NCBI GenBank assembly: GCA_963706955.1
Contig: CAVPOC010000010.1
Location: 1-64,000, forward strand
From: an uncultured Verrucomicrobiae bacterium
GTDB taxonomy: Bacteria; Verrucomicrobiota; Verrucomicrobiia; Chthoniobacterales; Terrimicrobiaceae
Reading direction: 5' to 3'
DNA length: 64,000 nt
How positions within the stretch are numbered: position 1 is the first letter of the stretch; the number at the start of each line of letters is the position of its first letter. Position numbers and translations under genes: made by a program. The notes beneath the pieces were generated by a model. The model did not search any database. It had not been told where the DNA came from and was given only the letters and a program-made list of their open reading frames with translations. Shown piece after piece: positions 31,834-42,400 of the stretch.

Positions 31834-32730
31834 TTAGGCTCCCGGAGTTGCCGTTGGCGCGGGCGCAGGCCCGGCGGGCGAAGGAGGCGCACCGGACGGC
31901 GTTGTCTCAGCCGGAGCGGGCGCCTGCGAATCAGCCGCTGGCGGACTGCTCCCGGGAGTTTGCTGGGCCGCCCCTGCAGGCGCGGACCCCGCATTAGCTG
32001 GTGCAGGGGCGGTATTTGCTGTGCCTGGAGCGGCTGCTGCGGCAGCTGCGGGGGCGGCCCCGGCATCCTGGACGAGGACTTTCTCAGTTGCCTGTAGTTC
32101 CTTTTGCGTCCAAGGTTCTGTTCGGTCCTTTGTCTGCTCGCGGATCTTGGCGACGAAGTCTTTGGTGATGGGCGGCGCTTTGTTGCCCCACTCGTTTCGC
32201 ACGTAAGTAAGGACAGCAGCGATTTGTTCATCCTTGAGCACTTTACCCCAGGGGGCCATCACATTGTTGAACTGCTCGCCTTTCACGGTCACCGCTCCGT
32301 GGAACCCGTGCAGGACGATTTTGACGATGTGATTATCGCCATGCCAGTCCTGCGCGAGCACCCATTCGCTCCCGGCGAGCGGAGGAAACTGACCGGCTAC
32401 GCCCAGCCCTGTCTGCTGGTGACAAACGGCGCAGTTCTGGGTGAAGAGACGCTTGCCGATAACCATCGGATCGGGCGCGGCGGCCGCGCCGCCGGTTCCG
32501 GCGCCGTCCCAGGCCACTCGAGCCGGATTGAAGACATTCACTCTGAAACCTCCGCTATTCCAAAACAGATACCCCGCACCCAGAAATGCAAGAGCGAGGA
32601 AGCTGATAATCAGCCAGGTTGGCAGCAACTCCGCTCCTTCACGGGACGCGTTGGATTCGCGTAGCAGGTCAACGTGCTGTTGCACGAGATCCTCGTCCTG
32701 AGCTCTTTCATTTGTCGGTTTGTCGATCAC
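31834..32730 (-). CDS. Membrane-anchored monoheme cytochrome c, CcoP-like N-terminus, Pro/Ala-rich tail
   Basis: LPTW plus TM helix, CAVCH, FPPLAGS, distal Met (NNVMAPW). Confidence 0.88.
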   Translation of the reverse strand: MIDKPTNERAQDEDLVQQHVDLLRESNASREGAELLPTWLIISFLALAFLGAGYLFWNSGGFRVNVFNPARVAWDGAGTGGAAAAPDPMVIGKRLFTQNCAVCHQQTGLGVAGQFPPLAGSEWVLAQDWHGDNHIVKIVLHGFHGAVTVKGEQFNNVMAPWGKVLKDEQIAAVLTYVRNEWGNKAPPITKDFVAKIREQTKDRTEPWTQKELQATEKVLVQDAGAAPAAAAAAAPGTANTAPAPANAGSAPAGAAQQTPGSSPPAADSQAPAPAETTPSGAPPSPAGPAPAPTATPGA

Positions 32731-32734
32731 GGCT

Positions 32735-33358
32735 TTACTGAAGGGGTTCAGCTTCGGGCAGAGTGTAGTCCCGCTTCAGAGAAAGAAGATATGCTACAAG
32801 CAGCCGCGCCTCTTCGCTAGGGACGATTTCGTAACCGGTCGCGGGCGCGTAGCGGCCAGTTAGCCCAGTGACGGCATTGGCACTCTGCTGGCCGACAATC
32901 TTTCGATTTTGATAGAGGTATCGATACGAAGGCATGTTCGACCCTGGCGTAATCATGGCAGGTTCGTAGAGGTGTTGGTGGAACCAATTTGCATCACTTG
33001 ACCTCAGCGCAACATTGGTCAAGTCGGGTCCAATGCGCAGATTCCCCAAGAATGCCGGATTCTCGCGCATGTAGTCGCGCGCCACGGTCGGGCGTGGGCC
33101 AAGCTTCTTTTCAACATCCGTCGAGAAAGCTCCGGAGCGTACCTGTTGAGTGTGGCAGGAAACGCAGCCGTTGGCCGCATAGACGCGCTGTCCGGCCGCA
33201 GCGAGGCCGGAGAGGGGTGGCGGATTGCTATCTCCCGTATTCTCATCAACTGCCGGCTGCATGCGGCCGAGGTGGAGATAAGAATAGCCGACAATACCAA
33301 ACCAGGCGGCGGTGAAGACCGCGAAAATTCCAAACACGAGCGTGGACAATTTGCTCAT
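32735..33358 (-). CDS. ccoO: cbb3-type subunit II-like monoheme cytochrome c
   Basis: GCVSCHTQQVR, RIGPDL, HLYEP, SNMPSY. Confidence 0.9.
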   Translation of the reverse strand: MSKLSTLVFGIFAVFTAAWFGIVGYSYLHLGRMQPAVDENTGDSNPPPLSGLAAAGQRVYAANGCVSCHTQQVRSGAFSTDVEKKLGPRPTVARDYMRENPAFLGNLRIGPDLTNVALRSSDANWFHQHLYEPAMITPGSNMPSYRYLYQNRKIVGQQSANAVTGLTGRYAPATGYEIVPSEEARLLVAYLLSLKRDYTLPEAEPLQ

Positions 33359-34770
33359 ACGCTCGCCGGCTCAGAAACAGTTAGACGCGAGCGCGAGGGT
33401 TCAGGGAGAGAACTGGCCTCAAGCAAATTGCGAATGAAAACGATGGCAAAGGCAATCGTCCCGGCGAAAACCGCTACCGCTCCCAGTGCGCTCATCACGC
33501 GAAAGGGAAACACCAGCGAAAGCGAACTCATGAAGTTCACATTCAGATCATTCAGCGCGAAGCCCTGAATCAGACCGCCCAACGTCAGGCAGACGAACAT
33601 TGTCCCGGCTCCGCAAACAAAGAGCCAAAAGTGCCAGGGAACGCACCGCGAGGAAAAATCCGCTCCGGTTAAGCGCGGCACTACATAATAGAAAGCCCCA
33701 AAAAGCGTCATGCTGAGAAATCCCAGCATGAGCATCACGTGCTCGCCGGTCGTATAGTCCGAGAAATGCGTCACTACCGCAAGAATGGGAGTGGCCGCTC
33801 CTTGGAGAACAACGCACACAAAACAAACCAGTCCCACGACGGTGAACAAGACATCAGGTGTATGGGGTTTGGTCCGTGCGCTCAAGGTGCCAAAGGTATT
33901 GATGCCAATAATCGTTGCCGGAATGAGCATCATGATGTCCGCCGCGACACTCGCACTCACCAGCCACGCGGGCACGGGGCCACCGATCAACTGCCTCACG
34001 CCCATCCAGCCGCCAAGGAAGGCAAGAAGCCAAAACGCCAGAACGCTCGAAGGATAGGCTCGCACGGGCCGTTGGGCAAAGTGCGGAACCAGATAATAAA
34101 CGGCACCGAGAACGATCGGCACCAGCCAGAGCCAGACGAGCGCACCAAAGAACCAACTTGCGATCGGACCTTGAGCCGAACCCTGCACCGGATACCAAAT
34201 GAGGAGCATGTTGGCGGTCGCGTACAACCACGGAAAACAGAGAAAAGCCGCGAGCAAATACCACTGCGACACGTAAAGTCCCTCGCGAGATCGGTCGCGA
34301 AGCAGGAATAGGCTCCACACGCCGATACAAACATAGGCAACGAGCAGAACGGCCGCCCCCGCGCCGGGGAATTCCAAACCCCTCACCGCATTCCCATCAC
34401 CGGCGAGAATCCCGCAAATGCCAAGAAGCACACCGAAATTCCAAAATGCGCCGGCGGTCAGCAGAAGCCGTTCGGAACCGAGAGCCGTCCGTCCGAGCTG
34501 AGCCAGCAACCAAAAACCAACGCCCATTCCGGCCTGCGACGCCCACCCATACCACAACGAGTTCTCCGCCGCCGCCTGAATTCTTCCGAAGGTCAACCAG
34601 CCAGATCCGTCTAGTAACGACGGCATCACGAGCTTCCACGCTGCCAGGCAACTCAGGAATGATCCAATGACCAACCAAAATATTGCCGAGCCCAAAAACA
34701 TGAGCACGGGGAAACGCAAGGCTTCGCGATGCTCCTGGTCTTGTATTTTAGTGACGATTGGTGGGTTCAT
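33355..34770 (-). CDS. cbb3 subunit I (CcoN) homolog lacking all heme/CuB ligands
   Basis: CcoN framework WLTFGR, LYVSQWY, YYLVP...RPV, HFSDY, YYVVPRLTG, HFWL; canonical His positions substituted. Confidence 0.85.
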   Translation of the reverse strand: MNPPIVTKIQDQEHREALRFPVLMFLGSAIFWLVIGSFLSCLAAWKLVMPSLLDGSGWLTFGRIQAAAENSLWYGWASQAGMGVGFWLLAQLGRTALGSERLLLTAGAFWNFGVLLGICGILAGDGNAVRGLEFPGAGAAVLLVAYVCIGVWSLFLLRDRSREGLYVSQWYLLAAFLCFPWLYATANMLLIWYPVQGSAQGPIASWFFGALVWLWLVPIVLGAVYYLVPHFAQRPVRAYPSSVLAFWLLAFLGGWMGVRQLIGGPVPAWLVSASVAADIMMLIPATIIGINTFGTLSARTKPHTPDVLFTVVGLVCFVCVVLQGAATPILAVVTHFSDYTTGEHVMLMLGFLSMTLFGAFYYVVPRLTGADFSSRCVPWHFWLFVCGAGTMFVCLTLGGLIQGFALNDLNVNFMSSLSLVFPFRVMSALGAVAVFAGTIAFAIVFIRNLLEASSLPEPSRSRLTVSEPASV

Positions 34771-34813
34771 GTTCCCAAAAGGGTCGCGCCGCACCGGCGG
34801 CAGCCCTGAGTTG

Positions 34814-35376
34814 TCATAGATTGGCCGTGGCTTGCGTTGCTGGATTGCTAGCCGGTGTGGGCGCTGCGGCGGGCGACGCGATGCTGCCGGCGAGGCGGCG
34901 GGCGCGGGCGACGCGGCCGGTGACGCCGCAGGCGAGGCCGGAGGTGCCGCGACTGGTGAAGCTGCGGGCGCTGCTGTCGGGGCAGCCGCCGGTGAGCCTA
35001 CAGGTGAAGCTGCGGGCGCTGCCGTCGGGCCAGCCGCCGGTGAGGCTGCGGGCGATGGAGCTGGAGTGGCGATGGGGCCTGCCGCCGTTGGCTTTTTGGA
35101 GTTCAGTTCCACGATGGCGAGTTCCATGGCCCGTTCGATGGGGATCTGCACCGTGCCCTTCGCTTTATCGACCCAGGCGTAGTTTTGAAGCTTCTGGGCG
35201 TTTTCGGCTTCAAGCTCCTGATGAGCCTTGGCCCGTTCAGCGGCGCGCGCGGCATCTTCATCGGGTGCAGGCGCGAATCCCAGCAGGAGCCTCACCGCTA
35301 TCACGAAAAGTAAGAGCAGGAGAAATCCGCCGGCGAGGACGAGCCACAATGGTCTGGAGTGGGCGGCGGAGCTCAT
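34814..35376 (-). CDS. ActG-like small membrane subunit with SPAA-repeat tail (in frame with the ccoN-like gene as assembled)
   Basis: TM helix plus YAWVDKAKGTVQIPIERAMEL; TGATG coupling to actF; probable indel near 34878. Confidence 0.7.
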
Positions 35377-36572
35377 CAGTTCTTCAGGGCGATCGACTTT
35401 CCGAGACGCGGATCGCGCGCCGGAAAGAGCGAAGAGTCTCCGAGTCGCTTCAGAAAAACAGCGGCCAGCGTGCAACCGATGGCAACCAGGCTGAAAAAGT
35501 CGAGTGGATTTGGCCGAACTCCCGCGACGTGCAAGACGGGAAGCACAACGATATAGATGTCAAGCATGTGCATCAGCAGGATCCAAACCGCCATGCCGCA
35601 GAGAAAGGTCGGTGTCTTCTTGGCACGTTGGAAGAGCAGCAAGAGAAATGGGACGAAGAAATGCCCGACCACCATGAATTGGCTCAGATACCACCAGCTC
35701 GCGGTATTGCGCCGCAGGAAATAGACAGTCTCTTCGGGGATGTTCGAATACCAGATCAGCATATACTGGCTGAAACCGATGTAGGCCCAGAAGATCGTAA
35801 AGGAGAGCATCAGCTTACCCATGATGTGGTAATGCTCCAGGTTCACCACCTGCTGCAGATAGCCCGCGCCACGCAGCGCGGTCACGATCAAGACCAGCAC
35901 GCACATTGAGCTGAGCGCGGTTCCGGCGAAAATGTAAACGCCCCACATCGTGGAAAACCAGTGGTAGTCCAGCCCCATTAACCAGTCGACGGCAGCAAAA
36001 GTGAGACAGACCGCGAAAGGAATGGCACTGGCAAAGGTCACCCGACGATTGAACACCGTGTAAACCGCGGCCCCACTGCTATCCTGGGCAATCGAGAACG
36101 TTCGCAGGAGCGTCGAGGAGGCCACAAAGAAGATGAAGTAGAGACTCGCCCTGATATAAAAGAAGGGCACATTAAGATAGGCGGCCTTCTCGACCAAGAG
36201 AGGATCATGGGCGTTCTCAGGCTGCATCCATTCCCAGAGCGTCGGACCGACAGCAAGCAGTGGAATAAAGAGCAGCGCCATGATCGCAAGAAGGCTACCC
36301 ATATTTTCCAACTGCCGGCGGACGACCACGCTCCATTCGGCATCCACCGCATGATGGACCAGCGTCCAGAAGAGTCCTCCCATGCAGATGGTCAGGAAAA
36401 ACGTGTAGGCAAAGAGATAGGAGAAAGCGAACTGCCTGGGATCGATGAATGCCCCAACCAGCACCACCACAAACGCCAGCACCGCCATGCCAATCAATCC
36501 AAGAAAACGGCCCCCGACATGCTTGTAGTCGAAAAACTCCGGCTGCGGATGTTGGCTGAACGATTGACTCAT
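35376..36572 (-). CDS. actF: Alternative complex III membrane subunit F
   Basis: DWLMGLDYHWFSTMWG, FWAYIGFSQYMLIWYSNIPEE. Confidence 0.92.
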   Translation of the reverse strand: MSQSFSQHPQPEFFDYKHVGGRFLGLIGMAVLAFVVVLVGAFIDPRQFAFSYLFAYTFFLTICMGGLFWTLVHHAVDAEWSVVVRRQLENMGSLLAIMALLFIPLLAVGPTLWEWMQPENAHDPLLVEKAAYLNVPFFYIRASLYFIFFVASSTLLRTFSIAQDSSGAAVYTVFNRRVTFASAIPFAVCLTFAAVDWLMGLDYHWFSTMWGVYIFAGTALSSMCVLVLIVTALRGAGYLQQVVNLEHYHIMGKLMLSFTIFWAYIGFSQYMLIWYSNIPEETVYFLRRNTASWWYLSQFMVVGHFFVPFLLLLFQRAKKTPTFLCGMAVWILLMHMLDIYIVVLPVLHVAGVRPNPLDFFSLVAIGCTLAAVFLKRLGDSSLFPARDPRLGKSIALKN

Positions 36573-37262
36573 CTATTGGGACTCCAGTTTGACGCGTTCC
36601 GCCGGAGGCACGTCGCCCAATACGGCTCCGCCTTGCGACTTCTGCAGCGCTCGCAGGTAGGCGATGATCGCCCAGCGGTCGATCACCTGAATGCGGTCAC
36701 CATAGCCGAGCATAGTGTTCTTGCCGTGCGTGATCGTGTTGAAAATCTCCCCGTCAGCCATGGTGCGAATGCGATCCTGAAGCAGACTTTGCACCGTATT
36801 GAGTCCAAATTTTTGCGCGATGCCGTTTCCCGCTCCGGTGGCGCCGTGACAGACTGCGCAATAGATGCCAAATCGCTGTTGGCCCCGCCCCATCACCGCA
36901 GGGGAGATCTGAAAGGGAACGCCCGTGCCCCAATTCTCGCCCATCTTTCCGGTGTCGATGTAGGTGGGCGAACTCGAGAAGATGATCTGCTGGTATGGCC
37001 CTGTGGCCTGGCCTACCGAACCGTCCACCAGCTTGTGCATCGGCATCGCATAGCCCAGCGGCACCGTGCCCTCGACCGGCGGGCGCGCGGCGCGTCCATC
37101 CGCAAAGAACTCACTCGGTGTTTGCGGCTTCACTTTGGGTTGGCGATCCATGTCGGGAAAGATCTCGATCGGCGCCTGGCCACCCTTTTGCCCACGTAGC
37201 CCAGCCATTGCCAGAACGACAAGCCCCAGAAAGGCAAATGCGATGAAGAAGTATTTCAGCAT
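36573..37262 (-). CDS. actE: Alternative complex III monoheme cytochrome c
   Basis: FPDMDRQPK, PVEGTV, CAVCHG, DRWAIIAYLRALQ. Confidence 0.92.
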   Translation of the reverse strand: MLKYFFIAFAFLGLVVLAMAGLRGQKGGQAPIEIFPDMDRQPKVKPQTPSEFFADGRAARPPVEGTVPLGYAMPMHKLVDGSVGQATGPYQQIIFSSSPTYIDTGKMGENWGTGVPFQISPAVMGRGQQRFGIYCAVCHGATGAGNGIAQKFGLNTVQSLLQDRIRTMADGEIFNTITHGKNTMLGYGDRIQVIDRWAIIAYLRALQKSQGGAVLGDVPPAERVKLESQ

Positions 37263-37332
37263 TCTTGTCTGCCTGGCTTCAAATTATCCAGCATGTGCAT
37301 GGCGAGGTCTGCTTGCATTTCAGTTCAGGCCA

Positions 37333-37899
37333 CTAGTCCTCGTGAACCCTGGTGATATGGCGTGCGCCGAGAGATTCGAGGAACTCGCGAACTTCGCTTT
37401 CGCCGAATTTGGGATCTCTCTTTTCAACCACGCAAAAGAACTTGTCCTCGCTGACTCGCTTAAACCTCTCCCAGTTAAACATGGGGTGATTCAGACGCGG
37501 TAGGCCGTTCATCATCAGCATTCCGAAGGTCGCGGTGAAGGCCGAGATGAGCACCGTGAATTCGAACATGATCGGAAAAAAAGCCGGCACGGTGAAAAGA
37601 TTTGTCGGCTTGCCCATGACGATCAGCGGATAAATGAACGAGCTCGGCACGAACTGGATCGCCACCGCCGAAATAAAGCCGATCAGACCACCCACGAAGA
37701 CGATCTTGCCAAGCAGCGACCGCTTCAGCCCCATCGCTTGATCCATGCCGTGGATCGGAAAGGGCGAAAAGACATCGAAGCGCGTGAAGCCGGCATCGCG
37801 CATCTGCTCGGCAGCGTGGAATAACTCGCCCGCGGTATCAAACTCCGCGGCGATACCGTAGAAGGGTGCTTCGGGATTTCCGGCGACGTGGGCAGACAT
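37333..37899 (-). CDS. actD: Alternative complex III subunit D (DUF3341)
   Basis: FSPFPIHGMD, PIMFEFTVL, NGLPRLNHP. Confidence 0.93.
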   Translation of the reverse strand: MSAHVAGNPEAPFYGIAAEFDTAGELFHAAEQMRDAGFTRFDVFSPFPIHGMDQAMGLKRSLLGKIVFVGGLIGFISAVAIQFVPSSFIYPLIVMGKPTNLFTVPAFFPIMFEFTVLISAFTATFGMLMMNGLPRLNHPMFNWERFKRVSEDKFFCVVEKRDPKFGESEVREFLESLGARHITRVHED

Positions 37900-39327
37900 T
37901 TAGTGCTTCCCTGCAGGGTGCGGGTGGTAATGGGGATCAGCCTCCGGCAGCACCGCTTTGACCTCGAACATGCAGATCATCGGCAGGAAGCGGATGAAGA
38001 GCAGAAAGAGAGTGAAGAAAAGACCGAGCGATCCGACGAACATCGAAATATCCACCCACGTGGGATGGAACATGCCCCATGAAGAGGGCAGGAAGTCGCG
38101 GGCCAGCGTAGTCGCGATGATCACGAAGCGCTCATACCACATGCCCGCATTGGGAAATTGAACGATGATCCAGACCCAGACCAGATGCGTGCGAAAATAT
38201 TTGAACCAGAAAAGCTGCGGAGCAACGACATTGCAGAACATCATGCAGAAATAGGCCCACCAATACGGCCCCGTAGCGCGGTAGAGGAACGCGGCCTGTT
38301 CGTAAGGATTGCCGCTGTACCAAGCCATGAAGAGCTCCATCAGGTAGGCGTAGCCCACGATCGATCCTGTGAAGACGATCACCTTGCACATCTTGTCCAC
38401 GTGGGAAATAGTCACGAGATCGTGGAGCGGCTTATAGAGCGCGCAAGCCGGGATCATGATGGTCAGAACCATCGCAAAGCCGCCAAAAATGGCTCCGGCC
38501 ACGAAATACGGCGGGAAAATCGTCGTGTGCCAGCCGGGAATCACGGAGGTGGCGAAGTCGAATGACACCACCGAGTGCACTGAAAGGACCAGCGGAGTCG
38601 AGAGACCTGCGAGAATAAGGTAGGCCATCTCGTAGTGGCGCCAGTGACGATTGCTCCCGCGCCAGCCCAGGGCAAGAATGCCGTAGGCAAACTTGCGGAT
38701 CTTCGTCTTGGCCCGATCGCGCAATGTGGCGATATCCGGAATCAGGCCCGTATACCAAAACAACACCGAAACAGTGAAGTAGGTGCCGACCGCGAAGACG
38801 TCCCAAAGCAACGGACTCCGGAAATTTGGCCAGATACCGTTGGAGTTCGGCACCGGCGCCATGAACCAGGCCATCCACACCCGGCCAATGTGAAAGCCCG
38901 GGTAAATCGCCGCGCAAATGACCGCGAATAGCGTCATCGCCTCCGCGGCGCGGTTAATTGAGGTGCGCCACTTTTGACGCGTCAAAAAGAGGATCGCGGA
39001 AATCAGTGTTCCGGCGTGACCAATACCGATCCAGAACACGAAATTGGTGATATCCCACGCCCAGCCAACGGGAACATTGTTGCCCCAGACGCCAACTCCC
39101 GTCGAAACCAGATAGATAATGCAGCCAAAAAGAAGCAGAGCCAGTGGCGTGGTGACCGCCATGGCAGCCCACCACCAGAGCGGCGTCCGCGATTCGACGA
39201 TGGAACTTACATAGGCGGCAATCCACCCCATGGTGCGCCGATTGAGCACGAGGGGTGGGCGCTCGACGGAGCGCTCATCGAATTGCGCTTCCGCTGGACG
39301 CGGTTCGGTTGTCGAAGTGTCAGCCAT
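37900..39327 (-). CDS. actC: Alternative complex III quinol-binding subunit C (NrfD family)
   Basis: [49 protein letters not shown]. Confidence 0.96.
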   Translation of the reverse strand: MADTSTTEPRPAEAQFDERSVERPPLVLNRRTMGWIAAYVSSIVESRTPLWWWAAMAVTTPLALLLFGCIIYLVSTGVGVWGNNVPVGWAWDITNFVFWIGIGHAGTLISAILFLTRQKWRTSINRAAEAMTLFAVICAAIYPGFHIGRVWMAWFMAPVPNSNGIWPNFRSPLLWDVFAVGTYFTVSVLFWYTGLIPDIATLRDRAKTKIRKFAYGILALGWRGSNRHWRHYEMAYLILAGLSTPLVLSVHSVVSFDFATSVIPGWHTTIFPPYFVAGAIFGGFAMVLTIMIPACALYKPLHDLVTISHVDKMCKVIVFTGSIVGYAYLMELFMAWYSGNPYEQAAFLYRATGPYWWAYFCMMFCNVVAPQLFWFKYFRTHLVWVWIIVQFPNAGMWYERFVIIATTLARDFLPSSWGMFHPTWVDISMFVGSLGLFFTLFLLFIRFLPMICMFEVKAVLPEADPHYHPHPAGKH

Positions 39328-39486
39328 GGATTATCCCGCCAACGAAGGCTCCTCGCTTTGCCCGCACGCGTGGCGTGCATGTTCGCAGATCCCCAGCCAG
39401 CAAGTGGACGTGTTCAATGGTGCGTTGGCTCCTCCGTTTCGTGACGATCGCCTGTCCCGTGTCCGTTGGCGTCGTGTTCATTGACA

Positions 39487-42400
39487 TCATGATCCTCGGC
39501 GCCGTGATTCGGCGCCGTGACCATGGGGTTCACCGTTGGCCATCCCGACCCTGCTCGCGTCTGGCATTTTTGAATTCGGGTTCTTGATTCGCGCGAGGTA
39601 ACTCACCCGGGGTAGGGTATTCAAGTACTTCAGCATCACATAGCCGCGATCGCTCTGGCGCGTTCTCGACACCGGGCTTTGCAGGTTTCGGATATTACCG
39701 AAAACAAGCGAGTCGCTCGGGCAGGCTTGCTGGCAAGCCGTCTTGAACTCGCGAATCGGCACGTCATTCTTGTTGCGGGGCCCTGCCTCCACCAAACGGG
39801 CAATCTTGGCCTCTTCAATGCGCTGAATGCAAAAGGTGCACTTCTCCATCACGCCGCGCATCCGGACGGTGACGTTCGGGTTCTTAGCCATTTGCAGGCT
39901 ATCTGCCATGCCCTTCCGAGCTACCGGGCCAGCATACAACTGATCAAGCGGTCTTTGATTGTAATCGAAGTAGTTAAAGCGGCGCACCTTCCAAGGGCAA
40001 TTATTCGAACAATACCGCGTCCCGATACAACGATTGTATGCCATAAGGTTCAAGCCATCCTCGCTATGAACGGTGGCATTGACCGGACACACGGTCTCGC
40101 AAGGAGCGTTCTCGCAGTGTTGACACAGCATCGCCTGCGCGAGCATCTCGGGATCTTCCGGTTCGCCGGCGAAATAGCGGTCAATTCGAATCCAAGCCAT
40201 ATCGCGGTTTCGACGAACTTGCTCCTTGCCGACGACCGGAACGTTATTCTCTGCTTGGCAGGCAACGACGCAAGCGTTGCAGCCAAAGCAGGTATTCAAA
40301 TCGACGGTCATTCCCCATTGCTCGTTCGCCGTCAGCTGCGGGTGCGAATAGAGCGAGATGTTGGGAGGGATGTGGCTATCCATCCCCATAGTTTGAGCAA
40401 ACTTGGGATCATGCTGGTAGCGCTCGAGAGTTCCCTCTCGGAACAAGTCTCGGCCCTCCATGCTGCGGTGCTCCTGTGTTTGCGCCAGAGGATACCGCTC
40501 TTTGGTGACCTTCACCTGCACTCCCGTCAAGAAACGCTCGGCATCGGTTGACCGGAGTGGATACGCATTGAATCCAACTCCTTCGAAGAGTGCCGAGACA
40601 CCGCTGCGGCCATATCCCAGCGCCAGGGAGATCGAATCCTCGGCGTGGCCGGGCGCGACATAAGCGGCCGCCGTGACAGAAGTTCCACCGGGGGACTTGA
40701 TCTCGATGAGGTCGGCCACCACGTCGAAATCGATATTGTTGCCCAGTTGCTCGGCCACCTGGTAGATCGGACCGAAATTGTTGGCGCGGATGCCGAGCTT
40801 CTCGGCGGTCGCGGGACTAACCAGCGCGACGTTGTCCCACGTCACCTTGGTCTCAAAGTCGGGAGTTTCCTGAAGCCAAGAATTGTTTGCGTATCTGCCG
40901 TCGTCCACGCTGTTGCTCTGCAGGAAGACTAGCTCGATGCCTTCGGCGAGTGGCTTAATGTCCTTTATTGGCGCTGCTGCCTGACCTCCCGAAAATGAAA
41001 GGGGCGCCGCTGGCCATTCACTACCGGGAGCAAAGCCAACTCGAAGGACCGAATTCCATTTTTCCGGATCGGCATTAAACGTCTGCGCAAAAGTTTCCTG
41101 AATGAGAGCGGGCCCTTGAGGTTTCGGTCGCCCCGCGAGCTGCGCGAGAATCTCCAATTCACTGACGCCATTCCACAGCGGCAAGATCATCGGCTGTACT
41201 ACCGAGTAGGAGCCGTCGTAAGCGCGCACGTCGCTCCACATCTCCAGATAATGCGCAGCAGGGATGTGCCAGCGACAAAGCTTGGATGTTTCGTCCTCGA
41301 ACAACCCGAGGCGCACCGACTGCGAGACCTTCCCGAGAAGGTCAGAGAAATTCAAATCGGAAGGTGCGTTGTAGGCGGGATTGCCACCAAGCACAAAGAG
41401 CGTCTTTATCGACCCGGCTTCGATCCCAGCTTTCAGGTCGCCGATAGTGCCGGTCGGCTTCTCATCGGTCGCCGCGCCAAGGATGGTGGCGCCGATATTG
41501 CCAAGCGCCTGGTTGATCGCATGGCCAAGAATCTGCACCCAAACGGGCTGCTGCTCTCCGACAAAGACGATACTCCGTCCTCGGCTTGCCAGGAGATCGT
41601 TGGCACACCCAGAGAGCCAGGCCTCATCGAAGGTCGCGTCCATCTTTGGACAGGCCTGAAGAATCGACGCCAGCTCCGAGTCGCCGGCCGAAGCAGACAG
41701 GTGGCTGCCAAGCTGCCGAGTGAATTCGCCAATCAGAGAGGCTTTGCAGCGATAACGATGGTCCGCTAGGCCGCCGGTGCCGGTGTAGTGATTCTCAACG
41801 ACGTAGAGGCGATTCATCGGGGCGCCCTTTTGGTCGGGGCTGCGGCGCTGGAAGAAACCGTGGGCGAAGCCGACGCCTTTGTCGCTCTGGTTGAGAAACT
41901 CGCTGTCCAGGGCGACAATCACATCGGCCTGCTGAAAATTCGGCAGCAGACGGACACCCTGCCCGAAAGAGGCCGAAACCGCCCCCTGTGCCAAAGTATT
42001 TCCGAGCGGCTCATACTCGCACCAAATCATTCCCGGAAATTTTCCCTCGAGTTCCGCGCGGAGCCTGTCTCGCGTGGGAGAGTTATTGCGCTCCACCAGA
42101 AATGCCACACCCTCGGCAGACGCACTCAGACCCTTAAGCAAATTGTCCAATGCTTCAGGGCGAGCCTCGACACCGTTTTCCTTTATCGTCCTGGAACGAT
42201 TCGGATCGTAGAGATCCAATATGCTCGCTTGAGCGAAAGCGTCTGTCCCGCCATTGCTGAAAGGATGAAGGGGATTGCCTTCGATTTTCGTCGGTCGGCC
42301 GTCGACGGTGCTGACAATCAGAGGCATCGCGCCCTGCCGCAACGGCATCGCTGTTGCGTAAAAAAGGAACTTTCCGGGAATGGTCCACTCGACCCCCTTA

